64,000 nt of DNA from an uncultured bacterium (lineage in GTDB: Bacteria; Krumholzibacteriota; Krumholzibacteriia; JACNKJ01), in the NCBI GenBank assembly GCA_963695095.1, contig CAVOFT010000001.1:2624001-2688000 (forward strand). The letters are read 5' to 3'. The notes beneath the pieces were generated by a model. That model did no database searches. It worked only from the letters and a program-made list of their open reading frames with translations, and had not been told where the DNA came from. The translations under genes and the position numbers were made by a program. Positions 1-8,140 of the stretch are shown here, piece after piece. The stretch's first letter is position 1. Every line of letters starts with the position of its first letter.

Positions 1-232
1 CGATGTAGAGCTGCTTGCCCTTCTTGCAGTAGCGCGACAGGGTCTCCGCCGTCTTGCCGAAGAAGACCAGCCGGTGCCACTCGGTGTGATCGCCCCAGTT
101 GCCATCGCGGTCCTTGCGCCGCTCGCTGGTGGCCAGGGTCGCCGTCGCGATCGCCGTGCCGCTCTGCGCGTAGCGCAGCTCGGGGTCGCGCCCCAGATGC
201 CCCACCAGAATCACCTTGTTGACGCCTGCCAT
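1..232 (-). CDS. ssb: Single-stranded DNA-binding protein (5' part; runs off the window)
   Basis: Manual translation from ATG at 232: MAGVNKVILVGHLGRDPELRY...TEWHRLVFFGKTAE...KKGKQLYI, typical SSB OB-fold; AAGGAG RBS upstream. Missing from the ORF track. Confidence 0.96.
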   Translation of the reverse strand, partial: MAGVNKVILVGHLGRDPELRYAQSGTAIATATLATSERRKDRDGNWGDHTEWHRLVFFGKTAETLSRYCKKGKQLYI

Positions 233-415
233 GCTCTCTCCTTTCGGCCCGCCAGGGGCGTGGTCCCCTACCTCAAGCAGGGGCGGTGCCGCCGCACGCA
301 GTTCCCGAGGCCCTCGCTGCGCAAGCACTTGCCTCGGGACGCCTGCCGCCGGCCTCCGCGGCCGACAGCGGCGGTTGACGAAAACGGGGCCAGGCGCAAC
401 CGCCGGCCCCGCTCA

Positions 416-491
416 GGGGTGGAAGACGGGGCTCGAACCCGCGACCACTGGATCCACAATCCAGTGCTCTGCCAACTGAGCTACTCCCACC
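416..491 (-). tRNA. tRNA-His (GTG)
   Basis: GGTGGGAGTAGCTCAGTTGGCAGAGCACTGGATTGTGGATCCAGTGGTCGCGGGTTCGAGCCCCGTCTTCCACCCC; cloverleaf, anticodon GTG, encoded G-1. Confidence 0.96.
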
Positions 492-520
492 ATGCATGCC
501 TCACCGGAGCGAGGCGACTC

Positions 521-549
521 AAGCTAGCGCCGCCGCCGGGGCCTGTCAA
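521..549 (-). promoter_or_regulatory. Sigma70-type promoter of tRNA-His
   Basis: TTGACA-17 bp-TAGCTT about 30 bp upstream of the tRNA. Confidence 0.7.
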
Positions 550-614
550 GACGGCTGGCGCTCCGCGGAGACAGCCGCGCGGACGGCCGTCGCGCGACCC
601 CTGGGGAACTGCGA

Positions 615-748
615 GAAAGCGATCGCTTACCGCGCGCCCCCAGGCGGCTTGCTTCCTTTCGCAATTGATGCGAATTCTCGGATCCAACAACGCAATACCA
701 GCGGTTGTATCACTTAGAAAACGCCCCACCCTGCAAACGATCGCTCAC
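615..748. promoter_or_regulatory. Pair of 16-bp pseudo-palindromic operator-like sites
   Basis: GAAAGCGATCGCTTAC (615-630) and GCAAACGATCGCTCAC (733-748), 13/16 identical, in the AT-richer region upstream of the redox operon. Confidence 0.45.
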
Positions 749-930
749 CCCATCGCTCTCCTTGGCCCTATTATCTAAGGATAGATGGCAACCATGCCGG
801 ATTGCACTTGCGCAATCGGAGCTTAGGATTTTCTTTGTCAATTGCTTTCAATACAGGTTCCTCCAGTAGTTGTCGAGCTGACGGACCCCAGGGCGAAGAC
901 GGCTGGGGCCCAGAACCGGGACCGAGGACG

Positions 931-1887
931 ATGATGAACTGCGACCGACGCGACTTCCTGAGGACGATGGCTCTGGGCAGCGGCGGGGCGCTCGCCGCGC
1001 CGGCAGCGCTGGCCTCCGCACCTGTCCCCACCGACGGCTACGGCGTCCTCGTCGACCTCACCAAGTGCAACGGCTGCCGCCGCTGCGAGGCCGCCTGCCG
1101 GGAGGCCAACGGCAATCCGCTCCTGGAAGCCGCCGCTCTCGACGATCCCGCCGCCTTCGCCACCCGCCGGCGGCCGGACACCGATGATTTCACCGTCGTC
1201 AACCGCTTCGCGGACGAGCACGCAGGCGGCGGTGACCTACCCGTCTTCGTCAAATCCAACTGCCTGCACTGCCTGGATCCGGCCTGCGTCTCGGCCTGCC
1301 TGGTGGGCGCGCTCACGCGGCAGCCCGATGGAGCCGTCACCTATGACGCCGCCAAGTGCATCGGCTGTCGCTACTGCATGGTGGCCTGTCCCTTCGAAGT
1401 GCCGGCCTACGAGTACGCCAGCGTGATGACGCCGCGCGTCCGCAAGTGCGAGTTCTGCGCGAGCCTTCGCGCCGCCGACCCCACCGATGCCCCGGCCTGC
1501 GTCCGCGCCTGCCCACGCGAGGCGCTCACCTTTGCCCGGCGCTCGGATCTGATCGCGCATGCCCACGCCAAGATCGCCGCTCGGCCTCACCACTACATCG
1601 ACCATGTCTACGGCGAACACGAAGCCGGCGGCACGGCCTGGCTCTACCTCTCGGCGGTGCCCTTCGCCGCCCTGGGCTTCCCCGCTTTGAGCGGCGCGGC
1701 GCCCCCCCGCCTCAGCGAGGCCATCCAGCACGGCGTCTTCGCGCGCTTCGTGCCGCCCTTGGCCTGGCTCGGCATTCTCAGCCTGACGATGTGGCTCACG
1801 CGCCCGCAGCCGCCGCGAATGGCGCAGATCGCCGGCGGCGCTCGGCCCGCCGCGCCGGAAGATACGGCTCGCGGAGAGGTGGCCTGA
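931..1887 (+). CDS. Tat-exported 4Fe-4S ferredoxin-type subunit (HybA/HmcB/NrfC family)
   Basis: Twin-arginine DRRDFL signal; CNGCRRCEAAC, CLHCLDPACVSAC, CIGCRYCMVACP, KCEFC...PACVRACP; HVYGEHEAGGT and a C-terminal TM helix as in HybA. Confidence 0.9.
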   Translation: MMNCDRRDFLRTMALGSGGALAAPAALASAPVPTDGYGVLVDLTKCNGCRRCEAACREANGNPLLEAAALDDPAAFATRRRPDTDDFTVVNRFADEHAGGGDLPVFVKSNCLHCLDPACVSACLVGALTRQPDGAVTYDAAKCIGCRYCMVACPFEVPAYEYASVMTPRVRKCEFCASLRAADPTDAPACVRACPREALTFARRSDLIAHAHAKIAARPHHYIDHVYGEHEAGGTAWLYLSAVPFAALGFPALSGAAPPRLSEAIQHGVFARFVPPLAWLGILSLTMWLTRPQPPRMAQIAGGARPAAPEDTARGEVA

Positions 1888-1888
1888 G

Positions 1889-3088
1889 ATGAGCACCACC
1901 CAACTCCCCACTCCCCTTCGGGTCCCCTTCTTTTCGCGCAGCACCTGGCCGCTGATGGTCCTGGCCGCGATCGGCTTCATCGCCGGCGCCTATCGCTTCG
2001 GCTTCGGCCTGCAGGCGAGCACCAACCTGAACCACTTCTACCCTTGGGGCCTGTGGATCATCGCCGACGTTTCGCTGATCGCCCTCGCGGCCGGCGGCTT
2101 CGTCACCGCCTTCCTCGTCCACGTGATCCATCGCGAGGACTACCACTTCCTATCCCGGCCGGCGCTGCTGACGGCCTTGCTCGGCTACACCTTCGCCTTC
2201 TTCCTCCTCGCCGCGGACCTGGGCCGCTACTGGGCGGTCTGGCATCCGCTGCTGCCGAGCATGTGGCAGGGCAACTCGGCGCTCTTCGAGGTGGGCCTGT
2301 GCGTCATGGCCTACCTGATGGTGCTCTACACCGAGTTCGTCCCCGTCGTCTGCGAGCGCTTCGCGGGCGACCGCCGCCGGCCGCGCCTCGCCGGCTTCTG
2401 CCGCGGCCTGGGCGCCCTCCTGGCCCGCGTGATGCCCCTGTTCCTGGCCCTGGGCGTCGCCATCTCCTGCCTGCACCAGTCCTCGCTGGGGCACATCTTC
2501 GTGCTCACGCCCACCAAGCTCCATCCGCTCTGGTGGTCGCCCGCCCTGGCCCTGCTCTTCCTGCTCTCGGCCATCGTCACCGGCCTGCCCACGGTCATCT
2601 TCGTCTACCTCTGGGCCGCCAAGCTGGCCAAGGCGAGGCCGCCGATGGCCGCCCTCGCCCGCCTGGCCACATTCATCCCCATCTCCTTGGCCTTCTACCT
2701 GGCCGCCAAGCTGGCCGACCTCGTGATTCGGCGCAGCTACGTCTACTTGCTCGAGCCCAACCTGCAGACCGCGGCCTGGCTTTGCGAGGTGGTCCTGGGC
2801 GTCGTCGTGCCGCTCACATTGCTGCTTCCGGCGCGCCTGCGCGAGTCCCCGCGCGGGCTGATGGCGGCCACGGGGCTGGTCATGCTCGGCATCGTCCTCA
2901 ACCGGACGAACGTCTACTGGATCGGCTTTCAGCCCGCCGGCGCCCCGCAGATGTATCGGCCTTCGCTCGCCGAGTGGCTCTTCACTCTCGGCATCCTGGC
3001 GATGATCGTCCTCGCCTGGCGCTTTCTCGCCATCCACCTGCCCGTCCTGACCCCATTGGCGACGCGGAGGTCGAAATGCGAAGCGTGA
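1889..3088 (+). CDS. NrfD/PsrC-family membrane subunit (HybB/HmcC-like)
   Basis: YPWGLWI, ALAAGGF, DLGRYW, SALFEV, LHQSSLG, KLHPLW motifs; about 10 hydrophobic segments. Confidence 0.9.
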   Translation: MSTTQLPTPLRVPFFSRSTWPLMVLAAIGFIAGAYRFGFGLQASTNLNHFYPWGLWIIADVSLIALAAGGFVTAFLVHVIHREDYHFLSRPALLTALLGYTFAFFLLAADLGRYWAVWHPLLPSMWQGNSALFEVGLCVMAYLMVLYTEFVPVVCERFAGDRRRPRLAGFCRGLGALLARVMPLFLALGVAISCLHQSSLGHIFVLTPTKLHPLWWSPALALLFLLSAIVTGLPTVIFVYLWAAKLAKARPPMAALARLATFIPISLAFYLAAKLADLVIRRSYVYLLEPNLQTAAWLCEVVLGVVVPLTLLLPARLRESPRGLMAATGLVMLGIVLNRTNVYWIGFQPAGAPQMYRPSLAEWLFTLGILAMIVLAWRFLAIHLPVLTPLATRRSKCEA

Positions 3089-4329
3089 ACTGGCGCTGGA
3101 CCGCAGTCGGCCTCCGGCCGGCTTGGTTCCGGCCGCTCTCCATCGCGGCGGCGTTCGTGCTCGGAGCCGCTCCCGCCCTCGCCCAGCGCGGGCAGACCGC
3201 CGGAGCGGCCCGGAGCGACCTGGCGGCCGATCGCGATTGCGGCCTCTGCCATCTCTGCGCCCAGCCCAGTCCTCACGACCCCTGCCTGCGCAAGCCCTGC
3301 ACGCGGGGTGCCCTGAGCCGGACCACGAGCGGCGCCGGACCCGATGCCGGCCACGGCGCCGTACCGGACTCCATGCTCCTGGACGCGCTTGCCAAGGACT
3401 ACGAGCCCGTGCCCTTTAGCCACAAGGCCCACGCCGACATGGCCAGCATGGCCCTGGGCTGTGCGACCTGCCACCACCACAGCGAGCCCGGCGCGCCACC
3501 GCCGGCCTGCATCACCTGTCACGATCCGGCGGTAGCGGGCACGGACCCGCGCATGCCAGGCCTCAAGGGTGCCTATCACCAGCAGTGCCTGAACTGCCAT
3601 CGCGAGTGGATGGACGGAAGCGCCTGCACCGTCTGCCACCTGCCGCGCCCGCGCGGCGGTGATGGGAGTGCGGCCACCCATCAGCCCACTTCGGACGACA
3701 TCCTCGGCCGCATGCATCCGCCGATTCCAGCGCCCGCGGGCGACTACTACAGCCGCCGCGGCGCCGCGGGCGACCTTGTGCTCTTCCGCCACAGCGACCA
3801 CGTAGATCGCTTCGGGTTGGCTTGCGTCGACTGCCACCACGAGCCGAGCTGCGCACGCTGCCACGCCGAGGCCAACCCGGCCCGCGTCACGCGCACGGTG
3901 CATGAGCATCACCGTCCCTGCCTCAGTTGCCACGCCAAGGAGATGGAGCTGAACGGCCGCAGCAAGCACAAGGGCGACTGCGCGCGCTGCCATCTGGGTA
4001 AGAGCGGCCGCGCGCCGGCCCGCTTCCGGCACGAGGGCGTGGGCTGGCCGCTCGCGAGCTACCACCGCCGCGCGGCCTGCCGCGACTGCCATGTCGAGTT
4101 GCCCTACACCCGGCTGGACACCGGCTGCACCAGCTGTCACTCGGGATGGGAATCGGGGCGCTTCGACCACCGCGTCACCGGGCAGAGCATGGACGAGAAT
4201 CACGCGGATCTGGTCTGCGGGGACTGCCACAAGGAGGCGCGCTACGAGTTGCCGCCCGTCTGCACGGACTGCCACGATCCGGCGGACGTGGCCTTCCCGG
4301 CCCAGCGCCCCGGACCGCTGGCGCCCTGA
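3076..4329 (+). CDS. Multiheme cytochrome c, 13 CxxCH motifs (cytochrome c3/HmcA-like)
   Basis: ATG at 3076 after GGAGG; signal peptide ending ALA; 13 CxxCH counted; PVPFSHKAH, LKGAYHQQCLNCH and FRHSDH are class III cytochrome motifs. Confidence 0.9.
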   Translation: MRSVNWRWTAVGLRPAWFRPLSIAAAFVLGAAPALAQRGQTAGAARSDLAADRDCGLCHLCAQPSPHDPCLRKPCTRGALSRTTSGAGPDAGHGAVPDSMLLDALAKDYEPVPFSHKAHADMASMALGCATCHHHSEPGAPPPACITCHDPAVAGTDPRMPGLKGAYHQQCLNCHREWMDGSACTVCHLPRPRGGDGSAATHQPTSDDILGRMHPPIPAPAGDYYSRRGAAGDLVLFRHSDHVDRFGLACVDCHHEPSCARCHAEANPARVTRTVHEHHRPCLSCHAKEMELNGRSKHKGDCARCHLGKSGRAPARFRHEGVGWPLASYHRRAACRDCHVELPYTRLDTGCTSCHSGWESGRFDHRVTGQSMDENHADLVCGDCHKEARYELPPVCTDCHDPADVAFPAQRPGPLAP

Positions 4330-4549
4330 GGACGGGGGCTGCGCGCTGCCCTAGCGGCTTTGCCCTTTTGTGCGCTCGAACTGGTCCTTGCTGAAGACGA
4401 GGAACTGCCCGGATCGGTACTCGAAAGCCGACAGGAGGGCTAGACTCCTGCTCACGAAGGAGCTACCTCCCCACTTCAGCAGACCATGCTCGCGAGGTAA
4501 CTCGTCCCGATTCCGTAGACTGCGGGCCCAATCGGGCACAGAAACAGGG

Positions 4550-4623
4550 CGACCCCGGTAGGGCTCGAACCTACAACTTCCGGCTTAGAAGGCCGGTGCT
4601 CTATCCGGTTGAGCTACGGGGTC
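4550..4623 (-). tRNA. tRNA-Arg (TCT)
   Basis: GACCCCGTAGCTCAACCGGATAGAGCACCGGCCTTCTAAGCCGGAAGTTGTAGGTTCGAGCCCTACCGGGGTCG; anticodon TCT. Confidence 0.95.
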
Positions 4624-4628
4624 GAAAA

Positions 4629-4702
4629 TCGGGGCGGCCGGATTCGAACCGGCGACCACCGGCACCCAAAGCCGATGCGCTACCGGACTGCGCTACGCCC
4701 CG
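4629..4702 (-). tRNA. tRNA-Pro (TGG)
   Basis: CGGGGCGTAGCGCAGTCCGGTAGCGCATCGGCTTTGGGTGCCGGTGGTCGCCGGTTCGAATCCGGCCGCCCCGA; anticodon TGG. Confidence 0.96.
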
Positions 4703-4709
4703 CGCGGCC

Positions 4710-4738
4710 AGCATAGGCAAGGCCCGCGGGGCTGTCAA
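4710..4738 (-). promoter_or_regulatory. Sigma70-type promoter of the tRNA-Pro/tRNA-Arg pair
   Basis: TTGACA-17 bp-TATGCT immediately upstream of tRNA-Pro. Confidence 0.75.
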
Positions 4739-4811
4739 CGCGGCAACCGGCGGTCCCCCGCCGCCGCGGCAGGCGCCCAAAGGCAGGCGCCCGGCGGCAG
4801 GCCAGGCCCCA

Positions 4812-4836
4812 TAAAAAAGCCCCGCGAAGCGGGGCT
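4812..4836 (-). terminator. Intrinsic terminator after the RRM gene
   Basis: AGCCCCGC-TTC-GCGGGGCT hairpin followed by a T run on the minus strand. Confidence 0.85.
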
Positions 4837-4890
4837 CGTAGGCTCTGGCCGGTCCGGCAAGCGCCGGCCGGCCTCGATTCGACGCTGGAC

Positions 4891-5175
4891 TTACCAGCGG
4901 CCACCGCCGCCGCCACCGCCGCCGCCGCCGGAAGAGCGCTTCTCCTCGGCATCGTTGACGCGCAGGGCGCGGCCGTCCATCTCGTGACCGTCCAGGTGCT
5001 GCTTGGCAGCCGACGTGTCCTCCATCTCCACGAAGCCGAAGCCCCGGGGCTGGCCCGTGCTGCGGTCCGTGATGAGATTCACCGAGACGATGGTGCCGTG
5101 CTGTGCGAACAGCGTGCGGATCTCCTGCTCGGTAGCGGTGAACGGTAGATTGCCGACGTAGAGTTTCTTGGCCAT
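4891..5175 (-). CDS. RRM (RNP-1) RNA-binding protein with Gly-rich tail
   Basis: MAKKLYVGNLPF (RNP2), PRGFGFVEM (RNP1), GGGGGGGGGGRW tail; AAGGAG RBS. Confidence 0.95.
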   Translation of the reverse strand: MAKKLYVGNLPFTATEQEIRTLFAQHGTIVSVNLITDRSTGQPRGFGFVEMEDTSAAKQHLDGHEMDGRALRVNDAEEKRSSGGGGGGGGGGRW

Positions 5176-5367
5176 CGAAGGCTCCTTCATATCGCCCACG
5201 GATAAAATGACACCGGAAGGCCGGCCGCGATCACTTCGCGGCTGGGGCCTTCCCGTTTCTCATGGCCGGAGCTTGCGATGAATGTCGCGCGGTTCGCGCG
5301 GAGGCAGGCATCGATCAACGGACTTCGAATCGACGAGGGCGATACGGCGAATCGAACCAGAATGAGA

Positions 5368-5402
5368 AGTCACCATTGGGGGCCAATGTAGTCAACATTG
5401 GG
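5368..5402. repeat. 13-bp direct repeat with 22-bp period and overlapping inverted repeat, upstream of the RRM gene
   Basis: AGTCACCATTGGG (5368-5380) and AGTCAACATTGGG (5390-5402); CCAATG-N7-CATTGG at 5383-5401. Confidence 0.55.
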
Positions 5403-5421
5403 AGAAAGCGCAAAGGTTCTT

Positions 5422-6009
5422 TCAGCGCGCCAGCCGCCGGCCCAGATCGGCCAGGGCGCGCTGGCGATGGCTGAGGGCGTTCTTCTCGGCTTCGGGCAGC
5501 TCCGCCAGCGTGCAACTCCGCTCCGGCAGCCAGAATACGGGATCGTAGCCGAAGCCGCCGCCCCCGCTGGACGCCTCCGCGATGAGCCCCTCCACGCGCC
5601 CCTCGCCCAGCAGCGGCTCGCCGCGGGGATCGACCACCAGGGCCATCACGCAGCGGAAGCGCGCCGTCCGCCGCGCTGCCGGCACGCCCGCCAGGGCCGC
5701 CAGCAGCTTGGCCACGTTCTTGACCGCATCGCACTCGGGGCCCGCGTAGCGCGCGGCGTGGTGCCCGGGGGCGCCGCCCAGGGCATCCACTTCCAGGCCC
5801 GTGTCGTCGGCCAGGGCCGGCAGGCCCAGCGCCAGCGCCACCGTGCGCGCCTTCTTGACGGCGTTGGCCGCGAGCGTGTCGCCGTCCTCCTCCACCTCCG
5901 GCAGCGGCACGCCGGGATCCACCAGCTCCAGCGGCAGGCCGAGCGCGGCGACGATGGCCCCGATCTCCCGCCGCTTGTGCGCGTTGCCCGTGGCGAGGAC
6001 GAGCTTCAC
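5422..6009 (-). CDS. rdgB: Non-canonical purine NTP pyrophosphatase (RdgB/HAM1)
   Basis: LATGNAHK, ADDTGLEVDALGGAPG, GFGYDPVF, KNALSHR motifs; follows rph. Confidence 0.96.
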   Translation of the reverse strand: MKLVLATGNAHKRREIGAIVAALGLPLELVDPGVPLPEVEEDGDTLAANAVKKARTVALALGLPALADDTGLEVDALGGAPGHHAARYAGPECDAVKNVAKLLAALAGVPAARRTARFRCVMALVVDPRGEPLLGEGRVEGLIAEASSGGGGFGYDPVFWLPERSCTLAELPEAEKNALSHRQRALADLGRRLAR

Positions 6010-6713
6010 AGGCCCAGGGCCTCCCGCTGCAGCGCCGTGAACTCCGCGCAGCCCTTGGCGCCGAGGGCGAGCAGCTGATCCAGCTCCTCGCGGCTGAAGG
6101 TGCCGCCTTCGGCCGTGCCCTGCACCTCGACGAAGCGCCCGCGCTCGTCGATGACCAGGTTCATGTCCACGTCCGCGCCGCTGTCCTCGCGGTAGTCGAG
6201 GTCCAGCACCGGATGGCCGTCGACGATGCCCACGCTCACCGCGCTCAGCAGGCGCCGCATCGGCTGCTCGGCCAGGCGCAGCCGCTCGCAGGCCCGCCAG
6301 AGCGCCACCGCCGCGCCGGTGATCGCCGCCGTGCGGGTGCCGCCGTCGGCGTCGATGACGTCGCAGTCCACGGTGAGCGTGCGATCGCCGAGCAGCTCCC
6401 GCCGCGTCACCGCGCGCAGGCTGCGGCCGATGAGCCGCTGGATCTCCTGGCTGCGGCCGCCGGCGCCGTCCCGCTCGCGGCGCACGCGCTCGGCGCCCGC
6501 GCCGGGCAGCATGGCGTACTCGGCCGTCACCCAGCCGCCGCCGCCGGGGCGGATCCAGGGCGGCAGGCGCTCCTCCACGCTCACGGCGCAGAGCACGCGC
6601 GTCCCGCCCAGGCTGACCAGCACCGAGGCCAGGCTCGCGCGCTGGAAGTCGAGCTCGAAGCTGAGCGGGCGATGCCTGTCGTGCATCCGTCCGTCGCGGC
6701 GGGTGATGGCCAT
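6006..6713 (-). CDS. rph: Ribonuclease PH
   Basis: GWVTAEYAMLP, GRSQEIQRLIGRSLRA, DCDVIDADGGTRTAAITG, EVQGTAEG. Confidence 0.97.
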   Translation of the reverse strand: MAITRRDGRMHDRHRPLSFELDFQRASLASVLVSLGGTRVLCAVSVEERLPPWIRPGGGGWVTAEYAMLPGAGAERVRRERDGAGGRSQEIQRLIGRSLRAVTRRELLGDRTLTVDCDVIDADGGTRTAAITGAAVALWRACERLRLAEQPMRRLLSAVSVGIVDGHPVLDLDYREDSGADVDMNLVIDERGRFVEVQGTAEGGTFSREELDQLLALGAKGCAEFTALQREALGL

Positions 6714-6722
6714 GCTTCCTCC

Positions 6723-7532
6723 CTAGACGCCGAAGTCCACGAGCTCGATCGATTCGATCTTGCGGCCGAGGAAGAGCTCGCCCACCTGCCGAAAGCGCAG
6801 GGGCAGATCCGAGACGTAGCAGGCCAGCGAGCCCGGCCCGTCCTGTGGCGCGAGCAGCTCCCGCGCGCGAAGCAGCTCGGCCACGGCCCGCGCGGTCTCC
6901 TCGGCCGAGTCCACCAGGCGCACGCCCTCGCCCATCAGCTCGGCGAGCAGGGGCCTGAGCAGCGGATAGTGCGTGCAGCCGAGCACGAGCGTGTCCACGC
7001 CGGCGGCCTTGAGCGGCGCCAGGTACTCGGCCGCCACCAGGCGCGTGGCGGCGTGGTCGAGCCAGCCCTCCTCCACCAGCGGCACGAAGAGCGGACAGGC
7101 GCGGCTCTCGATCGAGAGTCCGCCCCGCTTCGCCTGCAGGGCCGCCGGGTAGGCGCCGCTGGTGACCGTGGCCGGGGTGCCGATCACGCCCACGATGCCC
7201 GAGCGCGTGGCCGCCGCGGCGGCCTGCGCGCCCGGCTCGATCACGCCGATCACGGGCACGGGCAGCTCGGCCGCCAGCACGTCCAGGGCCAGGGCCGTCG
7301 CCGTGTTGCAGGCCACCACCATCAGCTTGACGCCCTGATCGAGCAGGAAGCGCGAGTTCTGGCGCGCGAAGCGGCGCACCGTCTCGGCGCCCTTCGTGCC
7401 GTAGGGGACCCGCGCCGTGTCGCCGAAGTAGAGCAGCCGTTCGCCGGGCAGCCGCTCGCTCACCGCCCGCACGACGGTGAGGCCGCCGAGGCCGGAGTCC
7501 CAGATGCCCAGGGGCCGTGCGTCCATGCTCAC
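6723..7532 (-). CDS. murI: Glutamate racemase
   Basis: DSGLGGLTV, DTARVPYG, VVACNTA, LGCTHYP catalytic motifs. Confidence 0.97.
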   Translation of the reverse strand: MSMDARPLGIWDSGLGGLTVVRAVSERLPGERLLYFGDTARVPYGTKGAETVRRFARQNSRFLLDQGVKLMVVACNTATALALDVLAAELPVPVIGVIEPGAQAAAAATRSGIVGVIGTPATVTSGAYPAALQAKRGGLSIESRACPLFVPLVEEGWLDHAATRLVAAEYLAPLKAAGVDTLVLGCTHYPLLRPLLAELMGEGVRLVDSAEETARAVAELLRARELLAPQDGPGSLACYVSDLPLRFRQVGELFLGRKIESIELVDFGV

Positions 7533-8140
7533 TCCTCGTCGCGATCGGGGTCGGGCGCGGGCGCTGGAGCGCTAGGGGGCGCCGCCAGGCCGGGCACCGT
7601 CTCGTCCAGGCGCAGGGGCTCGCTGAGGCTGAGGTGCCCGCCCAGGCTCTCGGTCGCTTCGCCGCCGACGAGGACGCGCAGGCGCCGCACGGCGGGGAAG
7701 TTCACGCGCAGGCAGCGGCGCAGGGCCTCCAGGGCGATGCGCTCCTCCAGGCTCCCGGCCCGCGTGAGCAGCGCGGCGCTGGCCACGCTGAAGTTCAGGG
7801 TCAGCATTCCCTGCCGCTCTTCGAGGAAGACATGTTCCAGTTCCATCCCGGGCGGGAAGGCGCGTCCCGCGCCCTCCTCGGGTCCCCGCAGCAGTTCGAC
7901 CAGGGTCCGCTCGATGCGGTCGACGGGATCGTCCTTCAGCTCGACCGCGCGCAGCTCCTCCCGCCAGATGGGATCGAGCCCGCCCGTGGCGAAGAAGAGC
8001 ACGGCGGTCTGCGAGCCGTAGCCCTCCCAGGTTTCCGCCGACTCGACGGGCGGCGGCGCCGGCCCCTCGCTGCGATCGCAGGCGCCGCTGGCGAGCGCGA
8101 GGCCGAGCCCGAGCAGGACGAGCAGCGGGCGGCGGCTCAT
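7529..8140 (-). CDS. GerMN-domain lipoprotein
   Basis: ATG at 8140 (MSRRPLLVLLGLGLALASGAC lipobox); ELLRGP, LTLNFS, VNFPAVRRLRVLVGG...GHLSLSEP resemble GerMN; usual position between amidase and murI. Confidence 0.8.
   Translation of the reverse strand: MSRRPLLVLLGLGLALASGACDRSEGPAPPPVESAETWEGYGSQTAVLFFATGGLDPIWREELRAVELKDDPVDRIERTLVELLRGPEEGAGRAFPPGMELEHVFLEERQGMLTLNFSVASAALLTRAGSLEERIALEALRRCLRVNFPAVRRLRVLVGGEATESLGGHLSLSEPLRLDETVPGLAAPPSAPAPAPDPDRDEE

Noticed and set aside
4330..4549. Lower-GC stretch with a 62-aa ORF next to the tRNA-Arg 3' end, possible integration scar
   Set aside because: No integrase and no duplicated tRNA 3' end found in the window; the ORF has no recognisable motif.
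4898..4930. (GCC/ACC)n short tandem repeat
   Set aside because: Encodes the ordinary Gly-rich tail of the RRM protein.
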